Positions 1 through 12,100 of a stretch of DNA of 64,000 bases are shown here, one piece after another (within the stretch, counting starts at the first letter, position 1; each line of letters opens with the position of its first letter). The stretch comes from Amphiscolops sp. MND2022 (lineage: Eukaryota). The stretch lies in the NCBI GenBank assembly GCA_964187785.1, contig OZ076415.1, forward strand, positions 55,676,001-55,740,000, written 5' to 3'. The notes under the pieces are model-generated. The model had not been told where the DNA came from. It was given only the letters and a program-made list of their open reading frames with translations, and made no database searches. The translations under genes were made by a program, and so were the position numbers.

Positions 1-112
1 TATATAAAAGAAACAACTGTGAGAAAGAAAATACGTGTACAAAATAAAATCGCACGTGTAAAAATATGTAGTAGAGAAATGGGCAGAAAAAGTTATGAAT
101 GAAAATGGTCAG

Positions 113-2763
113 TCAAGTTTTCGAAGAGCAAATTTTTAGAATTCTTTGTGGTAGAGTTGAGCCACTGAAGTTTTCCGCAGAGCATCTGGAGAGGTGATCG
201 TTGAATCTAATAGCGACGAGACAGAATTTGCAGATGCAAGAGGAGTTGTATAAGAGCGAGTAGCAGTCTTGGTTTCTGCAGAGTAGGTTGTGGAGGCCAT
301 TACAATAATAAAGTGCAAGCGCTCTTCTTTTTTGGGGGGGGGACAAATTTGAAGCCCAAGGAAATCATCGACAAAGAGGTGGTATATTAGGGTACTTGAA
401 GACCATCGGTGGGAGATATTACACCATTTCTTCCAAAATAAACCAAAAAGGCTCAATTGGTGATCTTTCATTCTTTCATGGTCAATTTGAAAAATTTGAG
501 TTCCATAGTTGCCAGCCGGTAAGACTACAGATAGCAGGAGCCGGAGGGCAGAAGCAAATGATATTATCGATAAATTCACTTTTTTGAGGAGGCTGAGAGT
601 TGTGTTTCGGGCTTTTATTCGTACGTGCTCTAAATGCATTTCCGATGAGAGCTTGGTTGAGAAAATAATACCAAGGTAGAGAAACTGTGAGACGAATTCT
701 ATGGGCTGATCATAATAAAACAGTTTGTCAGCTTGGGAAAAGGCCCCGCCATTTCGGAATTTGACAATTTTTGTTTTGGAAACGTTGACTTCAAGGCTGT
801 TTTCATCACAATATTGCGATAGCTGATTCATGGCATTCTGAACATTGTCGATTACTGTCGAACCTATTGCTAAATCATCAGCATAAAAGAAGACACTGCA
901 CTTCGTGTTTTGTAAGATGGGGGAAAGATCAGCAAGGAATAGGATAAAGAGGAGAGGTGATAATCTATCGCCTTGTGGCACTCCAGTGGCTGTTGGGATA
1001 GGGTCAGAGAGTAAACCTGAATCCAATACACTGAAGAGATTGTGACTAATGCAGCAATTAATTAATTGGAGCGTATAACCACCAACACCAAAATCACATA
1101 GCTTTTGGAGTAATTTTGTTCTGTCAACGGTGTCGAAAGCTTTCGTAAAGTCAACGAAGCAAACATAGTATCTTCCAATACTCTGTATACCTTTTTCAAT
1201 AGTTAATTTTAAATTAGTTGCAGCATCAGTGGTAGAGAATCCTCGTCTGAAGCCAAATTGCGTTTCGGGTAGAAGTTCATTCACTTCAGCCCACCAGTAT
1301 AGTCTTTGGTAAATCAGCCCAGTAAGTATTTTCATCACACAGGAGGTCAATGCAATACCTCTGTAATTATTGGGATCAGCTTTGGGTCCTTTACCCTTAT
1401 AAACTGGGATCAAATAGCTCAATTTCCATTGAGTGGGTATAGTTCCTGTAACCCAGCACGCATTGAACAGTTGAGTTAGTAGTGGTATGAGATCATTCGC
1501 ATATTGTTTCAGAATATCATACGAGATACCATCGGGACCAGTTGCCTTACCAGAGGGTTGGGTTCGTATTAAACAGTGAACTTCAGGTTCTGTAAAAAGG
1601 CAATCAAAATAATCTGCATCATAATTGTGATTTAAAATAACAGCGTCATGTTTATTTGGATTAGAGAAGAGTTTACAAAAATGATCAAACCAGGTTGATA
1701 GAGGAACGCAGCAAGCTTGAGCTTTTTGGGTACGGCTACGAAGTATTTTCCAGAAGTTGGCTTTGTCAGATTGGGCTTGTTCTACAAGCTGCAATTCACG
1801 ATTTTTGTAGTATTGTCTCTTAGATGACTGCAATACCGACTTGTAGGCTCTTTTTTGGTAGAAATAGTCAGGGTCAACGTTGGATCGCAGTTTTCGCAAA
1901 TTTTGGTGTTTGAGGTAGAGTTGTTTATTGAACCATGGTTTGGATTTTCGTTGATAAGGGACACATTGGGCTTCATTCAGGTGACTTGATAATATATGCA
2001 TGATGTAGTTTGGTTCACAACAGGTGCTGCTGATGGATGTTTCGTATATTAATTTCCTTAAAACAGCTGAATCACATTTTCTTATTGCTCGCTTTCGGTC
2101 TTCGGCTACTTTACAGGAACATTGCAAGGAGATTCTGAGTGGACAGTGCTTTGTGATATCGTAATTGAGGATTTCCAGCTTAGTTTTCTGCAGAGTTCTC
2201 GCAGAGCAGAATACTAGGTCTATAGTGCTTTTACCATTAGTGCATATATATGTAGGTTCATCGAGATCGTTGAGGCATTCAAATTCTAGGGAGCTTAAAG
2301 CTTCAACCAGTTCTTCACCACGGGGGTTTCTTCTGTCGGTTCTGCAGTTGAAATCTCCACATATCACAGTTTCACAGTCAGTTTGTTGTAGTAACTCGGA
2401 GAGTGGGTTCACAATTTCTTCTAGTTCAGTATTCGGCCAGAAATACGCTCCATAGACACAATAGTTCAGAGGTTTCAGATGAATGCCTAGGAATTGATGG
2501 TCAGCTGCGATGATGCGGGGTAGTACCTTGAGGCGTTTATTGATACCAATAGTTATTCCTCCCATAGGCCGACCCATAGGGGGTTTGGTAGCATTCTGAT
2601 TAAGGGTAATAAAATGTTCAATTTCGAGGTCGTCTACGGCGAAGGTTTCCACTAAAATTAAAATGTCGAAAGAGTTCAGTCTACTATCGGGGATCATATC
2701 AAGTTTGGTTTTTGCTCCTTCAATATTCCAGAATAGAATATTCATTGTGGTTAGTTGATCCAA
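113..2763 (-). mobile_element. Non-LTR retrotransposon (LINE, CR1/L2-like group) ORF2: APE endonuclease + reverse transcriptase, one frameshift near the C-terminus
   Basis: 875-aa ORF 136-2763 has APE motifs (WNIEG, LVETF, GDFNCR, IDLVF, DITKHCP) and RT motifs (NYRGIAL, QFGFR, VDFTKAFD, GVPQGDRLSPLLF, YADD, YLG). The natural Cys-rich C-terminus (CICKFC..HLSRC) continues in ORF 113-346 after a T/G homopolymer run near 327-341. It lies antisense in a STAM intron. Confidence 0.95.
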
Positions 2764-2769
2764 GTTTAG

Positions 2770-3030
2770 TCAGGTGGGCGTTGCATTCTCAACAACTTTG
2801 TTTTTGAAGATTTTCCATTTTTTCTCTGGTTGCGATACTCGTTTCTCACGGAGTTCCAATCGAAGATTATATTGTTGCTGTTGCTCTAGTTTTGTGTAGT
2901 CAGGGTTGATATATGTTTTGGACCATTTTGCTAGATCTTTGAGAGAGATGCTCCCAAGCAGCATTTTCTTCCGCTTGGTATGATCTGTGAAGGTGACGAT
3001 TCACTCAAGTTCAAGTTTGGTATTTTCAGA
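2770..3030 (-). pseudogene. 5'-truncated LINE ORF1 C-terminal remnant
   Basis: IVTFTDHTKRKKMLL..YINPDYTKLEQQQQYNLRLELREKR..KWKIFKNKVV directly upstream of ORF2 resembles the typical ORF1 C-terminus of CR1/L2-type elements. Confidence 0.65.
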
Positions 3031-3148
3031 GATTGAATGCCGATTTTTGGCCAGCCCTCTCCGCTTGAAGCTGATATTGGTTGGGATTTGTCTTGAGGTT
3101 TAACCGAGGTGTTTATATAGAAACAAACCAATGACAATCTGATTTCAG

Positions 3149-6100
3149 AAAAAGCTACAGCGGAAACTCTGGTTTCTGAAAACTGGCCTTTGATATTTGA
3201 AATATGTGACAAAGTTAAAACATCTGAAGAAAAAGGGTTTGTATCTTCACCTGTGTATCATTTTAAACTACTTTTATTTGGTGACGTGCTTCTTTCTTAG
3301 ATGTAAGGATTGTGTACGAATTGTCCTGAAAAGATTACAAAATAAGAATCAACGGGTTGTATACTATACTCTTATAGTAAGTTCAGACTCTATTATAATC
3401 ATTCTTTGTGATTAGCTCTAGTTGAAATAATATGTATCTCTTTTGCAGTTGCTAGAAACGTTGGGGAAAAACTGTGGCGAGCAGTTCATCTTGCAAATTT
3501 CAACTCGAGAATTCTGTCAGGAAATTCAAAGCCTTCTTCAAAATAAAGTAAGATTGTGGCAAAATCAAAGGAAGAATTGTTAAAATCCAGCTGATTAATG
3601 ACCATTTTCTAAGTCATGTTAGTTGTTCATATGTGGAAACAATGTGATTTTTTGTACATTTTTAACTTATTTTCTTAACCTTACAATAAAAATCCATGTC
3701 TGTTGATGACACTCACCTGTGCTGAATTCCTACAAAACGACCAGCAATGTCTCACATTGTGATATAGTGGCAGTAGTGGAGCCGATCAGACAGGGAGGTA
3801 GAGGTCCCCCATGTATTGAGATAGGGCATAGATCCAGATCTGGGCGAAGTTGGGTCCTCCGAGTAGTTCGGTTATATAAAAATGGGTCCCCAAGCCAGGG
3901 GTGTATCCAAAAAAATTTTTCGGCCCAACGGAAATTCCGAGGAAATAAATGAGTCACACACTTAATCCCGAAAATTTTTGAAGATCCGGGTAAAAAATCT
4001 CCAAAAAAAGTGTGTACACACCACCCCTAATCTCCACATGCAAAATTTCCAAAAATTCGAAAAACGACTTATAAATGGTTTGAAACATTCGAAAAATAGA
4101 TGAAACATCACGAATATTCGAAAAAGTGAATGGAAAAGTTCCATTGAACATGAAAAATTGGAAAACCATGAGAAAATAATTCCAAGGTCAACACTTTTTA
4201 TTTACACTTGCGATAAACAAGTGTTATGGGAAAGTGCGGATGCTTATTTTTTCCGCACGACCACTCTCTTTTCACGCGGCAAGTCGCACATTTCACGCCT
4301 TCGTGGTCTAGTGGTAAGATGCTTGCTTTTCAACCCAGAGGTTTCGTGTTCGAACCCGTGGGTATGCGCTAATTTTCTACAAGTATTCCGAAGCAGAAGG
4401 TTCTCACTTTCGGCATTCTGAGACTTTTCAGCTTTGTGGTTTTTTTGAAATTTTTATAATGTCCTCAAAGAACGAATGCATATTTTGCAACAGAACGAAT
4501 GTTAAAAAATCCCAAAGGGTCTTTTTTTTCAGCTTTTTCAGGACTATGAGACTGTCATTAAATTTTTTTAAAGACTCCAAAGAGTCCCCTTCATTTTTTT
4601 GGAATTTTGCAACATAATGGATGTAAAAAAATCTCGAAAAGTCCCCTTTTTCAAATTTTCCGGCATTGTGAAATTTTTCAAAAGGAATAATTTTCGTGTT
4701 AAAATTAGGTTTTCTCAGGCCCAGCATGCTATACCCGATTTTTGTCAAAAAAGACCGGTGTTTTTTCTATGCGACTTTTTTAAAAAAATGTTTCACCGAA
4801 GCCCCTCCTCAGTTTTTGCCAGAAACGAAACGTTTTGCGAGAGTTAAGGACTCCTCAAGGTTTTCGGCACTATGTGACTTACCGGAGACCATCAAAAATA
4901 TTTTCGAAAAAATTCGAAATTTTTTCCCCTCAATTTTCTGTTTTAAAGGTTTTTCGTTAAGAAAGATGGGTGTTTTTGCTGTTTTCAGTTGATTAGAATG
5001 GTTTTCGACTTATGCCTATTGCTTCGGGTATTTTTGGCGCTGTAAAATTGATGAAATTTCAATGTCCTTTTACCCTTGGTTCTCCGTATGATATTGCTTA
5101 TTCGGTCTTCAAAAGTTCGCAAGTGTTTGCGAAGCACGGCTTCGCCTGTGTAGTAACTTGGAGATTTCTCCACACATTTGGGAAAAGCCTAATATAACTA
5201 TTGAAGAAAAAATCCAAAAAAAACTTACACCAGGAAAGACCATGACAAAAGACTGCAAAAATTCAAGAGTGTCATTACATTGAAAACTAATAACAACTAT
5301 TGAGTCACTGGACGAAGTGATGCTGTGTTGCATTATGCGGAATAATATATGAAAGGAAACAGCTCTATACAGGAAACACAAAAAGCAGATGGCGTTCAAA
5401 CAGTTATCTTTACAAAGCTGACTTAGCTAAGGTGGAGAAATGTTGCTAATAGTGGAAAGCTCCTCGATTTTGGATATGCATTTCAATTTACAGATGAGCA
5501 AATATCAGACATACGGGAGCCTTCGTCTACAGCATTGGATGTTTTCCATAGGACTAAATAAAAGTCTAAAGATAGAACCAAATGTGTCCTGTTAATTTCT
5601 ACATGAAACAATGAAAACGGCTATTCTAGGGACGTTCGTTATACCAATGCAACGATTTACAAGTTATCATTAGCTCGGTTCTAATATATCCAAAGGATCT
5701 GTGTGGATTCCCTCTGAATTCAGTTTACGCTTCGGATAAAAGTTTGATAACATTTGGATTGTTCGTAAGTATAAACGGCATGGTTTCGCACCCTGAAACA
5801 TCGATTGATCGATCCAATATCTGAAACGTCATTCAAAACTTTTCTGTATTCCTGAAGAAGACTGATGACTCATTCAGAAAGTGTTGTTTAAACCCTTACT
5901 GCTGAACTTCGTTTTCTTCGTTTGTGAATCATAGCAACGATGTTTTGCTACACTAGCAAATGTTTTCTGTTGCACGGAACTCTTCGTTGAATAATCCAGG
6001 CTCTCGTTTGTCGAGCTGAGAGTGGGTAGAGCAACATGTTCGAGGGAAGAAGTTTCTCAAACTGTCTGCCTCAAAGTTATTACGGCAGTCTTCTTCTCTG

Positions 6101-9100
6101 ATGGCTGACCACTCTCCGAGTTTATCTCGTCTAATGTCGTTCTCTGCTTAGGCTAAATAGAGAGAGTCTGTATCCATTTCCAATTCCTCGAACTTGCTCT
6201 CGTCACAGTACTGCTTGAAAAAGTTATAATAAAGCTCCAGCATTCTGAGCTTAGCGTATTCAAGAATGAAGAAGCCTACAATTATTGGTTATCAATGTTC
6301 TATTTCAGCTTTGACAAGCTCCACTTCATACACTGAATCGTTGATGTACTGAAGTTGTTTGAAGAAGGTACTATTTATAGCTCGGTTAGTCTTTTTCTCA
6401 TCCAAGTGTTTTGTCTCCGTATGCTTGCTTCGATCCATGATTTGATATCCATATGAACTGTTACTCGGCAACTTCATCGTCTCAGCAACCACGGTGGAGT
6501 TCTTGTTTTGATCACCATATCGTTGGGCCTCAACAACTGACTTGAAACGATCCCTTGAAACATTTTTCAGGAGTGTACTCAACGAATCTGTGAATCCTTG
6601 TACACTCTAGCCCCAGCACCCTGTAGAAATTGGAAAGCGGGGTAATAACACTCCCATTTTCCAGGTGTCAACTAGAAATCTTCATTCTGCCCGGTTGTCG
6701 GAGCAGTCCTCGTTGGTCAGCATAGGATTTCATGTATTCACTGATATCAGTTTTGCTCACAAAACAATTCTTGATAATTGGAGGAAAATGTTGAAAGTAG
6801 CTTTGAAGATGCTTGTGGACTGATAGATCACATTGAACATATCCAAATAATGAACCGTTGTCGATCTTTTGCAGTAGCTGCTGCTCAGACAAAGGTTTGC
6901 GAAATGGGAATTTTTTCTTCAAATGTTCCTTCAAGACCTTGTCATCTCTCACTTGCTTCCACCAAAGACATTCCCAAACTTCTCTCGTATCCTTTTCCGA
7001 TGATAAAATGTTTCCGTTCTGCGTCAAGTTTCCTGCGTTCGTGCCATCGTTTCACAATAAGAGCATTCGTTTCTTTCTTTACCATTTGACAATCACAACC
7101 ATGATAGAAACATATCATGGCTTCAAACACGGTGTTACCGTGTCCAGAAAAGCCATCCACACTGAAATTATCAATTTTGTGCTGATTTCCGGTAGTTTGA
7201 ATGCTCTGAATTTTGCAACCAGGTTGCGTATTTCGCAAATGCTCCATCACCATGTTCTCACAGCGTCGTCGCCAATTCTGAACGGGAATAATTTTTTAGT
7301 CGGCGCTTTTCTTGAGAAAAGAGCCCGACTATTACAGTCACTCGTTTTTTTCCTTTTTTTATTTAAGACAGACTCGAAGCGACGAACGTTAACGTTCAGT
7401 ATCTTTAACTAAACGAATACCCCGGAAACGCATCTAAGTTATTCCAAAGGGTCCCCTCTTTGTTTTTTTACTTTTTTACTTTTTCAAGGAAACCCACAAA
7501 ACGTGCCTAAAGGGTCCCCCCTTTGGATTTTTTTCGGCACTGTGCGATTTTTTTCGAAAATGTCCACAAAGGGTCCCCCCTTCGAGGTTTTTGATATTTT
7601 GCAACGGAATGTATGTTAATAAATCCAGAAGGGTCCCCCTTTTACGTTTTTCGGCACTATGCGACTTTTTTTGAAAGAAAATTTTTTTTCAAAAATTTCA
7701 AGTTTTTTTCCAAAAAATGCTTTGCGCTTTTTGAGCCTTAGATTTGGCGCCGACTTTAGACGTTCTCGTGTTGCTTCTTTTTAGCATCAATTTTTTCTTT
7801 TTAGCATCAGTTTCAGATCTGGTGTATAACCCAGTCGCCATTTCCTGACACATGGAGAAAGGATATAATTGACTAGCATCGATTCCAAGAATAGCCCTAC
7901 ACAAGTTTCCAGTGTAACGAAATTTGGTTTCCCCAGCAATTGCTTTCCGTGTGAAAACAATGGAAGGTCCTGTGACCATATCTTCTCTGATTTTGTTCAA
8001 GAGATCTCGACCATGTTCAGTGAATGGGTAAATTTTCGCATTTGTCGAAGAGTGTAGACATGTTGGCTAAATTCGGAAGAGTAAAGCTAAGTTTCAGCAT
8101 GTCGATTCCACAGTCATGATGAACTTTCATCATTTTTTGGACAGCTTCCGGTGTTCGAACACTGGAACATCCTTGTTATTGTACCACTTTAAAAAGTCTT
8201 TGAACGTTCTCATGTTTTGGGATTCCCAAACAGCCTGCAAATAAGTAGTTTTCCTGTCATGTAGGAGGAACAGAGCAAATTTTCATTTCTCGCTAGGCAT
8301 CTTTTTTGATATAGCCATTAAGAAGTAAATTTTTGATCTTTTCATAATCGGCTTCCAGAGGATGTTTATTTCGAAGCTTGCTGAAAAAATCTGTATATTA
8401 TGGAAGTTGTTCATTGTCCAGTTTTGATGGACAGTCGAACCATTCATAGGGGAAGAATCTCTTAGTCTCAGAAGGTTCGTAAGCTTTTAGAATTGAATCT
8501 AGAGTTCTGGCTCCACCAATGAAATTCATGATATCCAACATATGCACTTTACCAAAATTGGATGAGATGAATTTTTTTATTGGTTTTTAATGACACGGGG
8601 TGGCAACCCGTTTTCCATGATCAGAATTGGAATTATTTATGATTTTATGAGGTTCAGATCATATTTAGCACTGTTGAAGACAGAAACTGGAAACGTTCAT
8701 GAGTAATTATCTAGGGATTCCTGTAGGTTGAGTAAATCAGTTTTCTTTGGTGTAAAATCTTTCTTGGTGTAAAACTCGATTCCTTCAAGATTATCTGGTC
8801 AGAGAGTTTCTCTTCCTTCTTACAAACAGCTGAGGTTACGTCTGCAAGTTGCGACCGCAATTGTCTCTGCTTTCATTTGCAAGATTTTCCAAGGCATCCA
8901 CGACTTGGGTTACCACTTGATCGCTTGTGGATCACATAAAAAGATAGGAGTTTTGAGATTAGAAAATATTGATACCGAAATGGGTTCATGTTTACGCACC
9001 CATGTAGTTGAATTGTTTGACTCGGAATTGTTTTCAGTCACGCGAATTGATTCGAAATCAAAAATTGCAAGATTTTTGAAAATTCTTTGTTGCAGGAACT

Positions 9101-12100
9101 GTAATTCCAAACTTCGAAAGTGTTTCGAATTCAATTGGTATGCAGAGTTTGGGATTTTTTCCTTGATCTTTTCACTACAAACTGGCAAATGACGTCGCAA
9201 AATGGCATAGTTGCGGAAAAATTTGTTACAACTTTCACAGCGGAAGCAATTGTAACCAGCATTGAGGTTTTGCGTGTAACAGATGTGATTCTGATAACTC
9301 CGAAGTGTAACTTCTGATAACTCTGGAATGTTTATTGATAATGCGTCGTGATTAAACCCCAACTGGCTGATCGTTTTCAACTTCGATCTCGTAGATGCTG
9401 ATTTTCAGCTGTTAGATCTTCTCTGGCATTGATTGTTTCTAAGGTTACCCCCTTGAAATCGTTAACATCAACTTCACAGAGTTCCAGATATCGCTGGAAA
9501 AGATTCGCTGTTTGATCCTCCAAATTGTGTCTACCTGTGAGGTGAAATGCAACAGCTCTCTTTTCGTTGTATGGTTTGTACGAGGAATTTGTTGATAGAC
9601 AGAATATCTTCTTGTATTTGAGGATACGTGAGGGAATTTCCAGGTTTTGATCACGTAATGGGATTTCTTTCAGAACTGCTGCAAAAAGTCAGATTTGTTG
9701 CAAAAGCAAATTTCCATTTTGTGTTAGGTCGCTCACGTGTGGCTATTTAAACGAAATCTTCCAGAGAAAGTTTTGCTATGAATTTGTAAAGATCTTTCTC
9801 GTTATTCAACAGTTGTGAAGTATTGAGAAGAATGTTCTCGTGAGGATAATGATAGCGGTAATAGTCGCTTTCAATATTACGGAGGACAAAACCCATGCTG
9901 ACATTTATTTTGGCGAACACTAGTCGAAGCTTTTCAGTCATCACTGCTGGGCTCAATTGCGTCAAAGCGAAGTTGAAAAGATGCTGTTTTCCTCTAATTG
10001 ATTCCGAATCAAGAAGAAAATGTTCAACATTGCGAAGCTCTTCCCGAAGTTGTTGACTCCCGTGATCCCCCACGATAATGTGTCGAGGTCAACTTTTCCT
10101 GAAATTGTGACATTCGACTGTGACTGACTGTTATGGCGAGTTTGCTTATGTTTGCGGAGAGCGTAAAAACTGTGGAATGTTAGCATACAATCAGTGCATG
10201 TGAATTTTTTGTCAAGCCTTCTTTGCGATGTTTTCTTTGTGTGTGGTAATCCAGTTCTTCCTTGGTGTTCGCTGTGAATTTCGGACATTTGGGACAAAAT
10301 AAATTTCCTCTCATGCACGATTTGTGACGAGAGATATTCTTTTTGAAATTTTTTTTCCACATAGCACATTTAATACGTTTGTTTCTATCCAGAGCTGGCA
10401 TTTTATGGTCTGAAAGTAGTAATCTTCAGCATGAAAAGAAAGAAATGTTCAAATTCGAAATTGACATTTCCCTGTAGTAAAATGGAAGTTGTCCAAACAG
10501 ATCCCAATTGATTATGCCGCGTTGGAGTATGACTTCTGATTTAACGTCTAATCAAAAGAGGTTTCATCGCAGTAGCATGAAACTTTTCCGAATGTTTTAC
10601 GATCGAGGAGGCGACAGAAACCCAAACATTTGTGTGTACTCGAAAATGATTTTAGGAAAAATAATTTTGTTTGTGATCCGTTGCTAAGACAAAAAGTCCC
10701 TTCCTACAACACAAATCTTTAATGTCTTGAATTTGTAGAAACTTGTCCCACTATTTGGGGTGGACAATGAAAGGAAAAACGAAATTATATTTTGTTATAC
10801 ATTGATATCGAGAAGTGATTTGTAATGACTAGACGCTAAATCGAACAGTTGGAGTCTCGTTGTCAGTGATCGAAATCTGTTGATTAATGGTCTGAACAAG
10901 ATATAAGTTGTTTTTGATTATTCTATTTTAAAGGTTCTCTCGGAACGAGTTTTGTGAGTGTACTACACTCGCTTTGGCACTAAAGGTTCTCAAGTTGAAT
11001 CACTGTGAGATTGATCCTGAATCAATTGTTTTTGCCACAAGTTCTAATTTGAAAGCGAAAGCGGGGCAACGTAATTGTCATCCTTAACTTATTACATAAC
11101 CTAACCAAACATTTCCAGATATACATAATCCAAAAATTATCAACTTCGTGTTGATTTGTATTGCCTACTGAATACCGAGACAATTAGTTCCGTCTTACAT
11201 ATGTCTAGCGACAAGTTTCCGTATAAAATTTTTGCAGAACTGACATTCCCGTTATCTGGTTGTAATCGACATGGATTTTTCTTTTTCGGAAGATCCACCT
11301 ATTGCTTTTCTTTTTACAAGGCATTGAGTTTCAAACATGAAATTGACATTTTTACACTAGTCATGAACTCGAAATACACATGATTCAATAAGAAAAACGC
11401 AAAACTTGAAAGATTGAAAGGCTTCATGAAAGTAAACCGGATCAGCAAAAATAAGTTGTCGGTATCCCTTTCACGTCTATACAGCGTGACTCTCTTTTCG
11501 ATCAGTGTATATAACAATTACCAAATATGTCCATGTGATTCAAATACAAAATCTTTGACAACACTCAAAGAAAACTTCAAAGACTACAGCTGCATAAGAT
11601 ATTTGAATGCCGCTTCAATGTTTACTCAGCGTCACTCCATGTCATCCATTTTGATACAGCAATCATGAATTATTGTGGGTGACTCAAAATAAAAACTTGA
11701 AAGGCTGCATTGACTAAACACACGCATAGTTAATCGCGAACTGTTGCGGTGTGATCAAGGATGACAATTACGTTGCCCCGCTTTCGCTTTCAAATTTGAA
11801 CTCGTGGCAAAAACAATTGATTCAGGATTAGTCTCACAGTCATTCAACTTAAGAACATTTAGTACCACAGTGAGTGTAGTACACCCACAAAACTTGTTCC
11901 GAGATATCCTCTGAAATACAATAAACAATTGTATCGATCACCGACAACGAGACTCCAAGTGTTCGATTTAGCGTCCAGTCATTACAAAGCACTTCTCGAT
12001 ATCAATGTATAAAATATATTTTGGTTTTTCCTTTCATTGTCCACCCCAAATAGTGATACAAGTTTCTACAAATTCAAGACATTAAAGATTTATGTTGAAG

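Noticed and set aside
4297-4368. Functional tRNA genes here and at 39377-39444 and ~63465-63530
   Set aside because: Only the A and B boxes are retained; acceptor and anticodon stems do not form.
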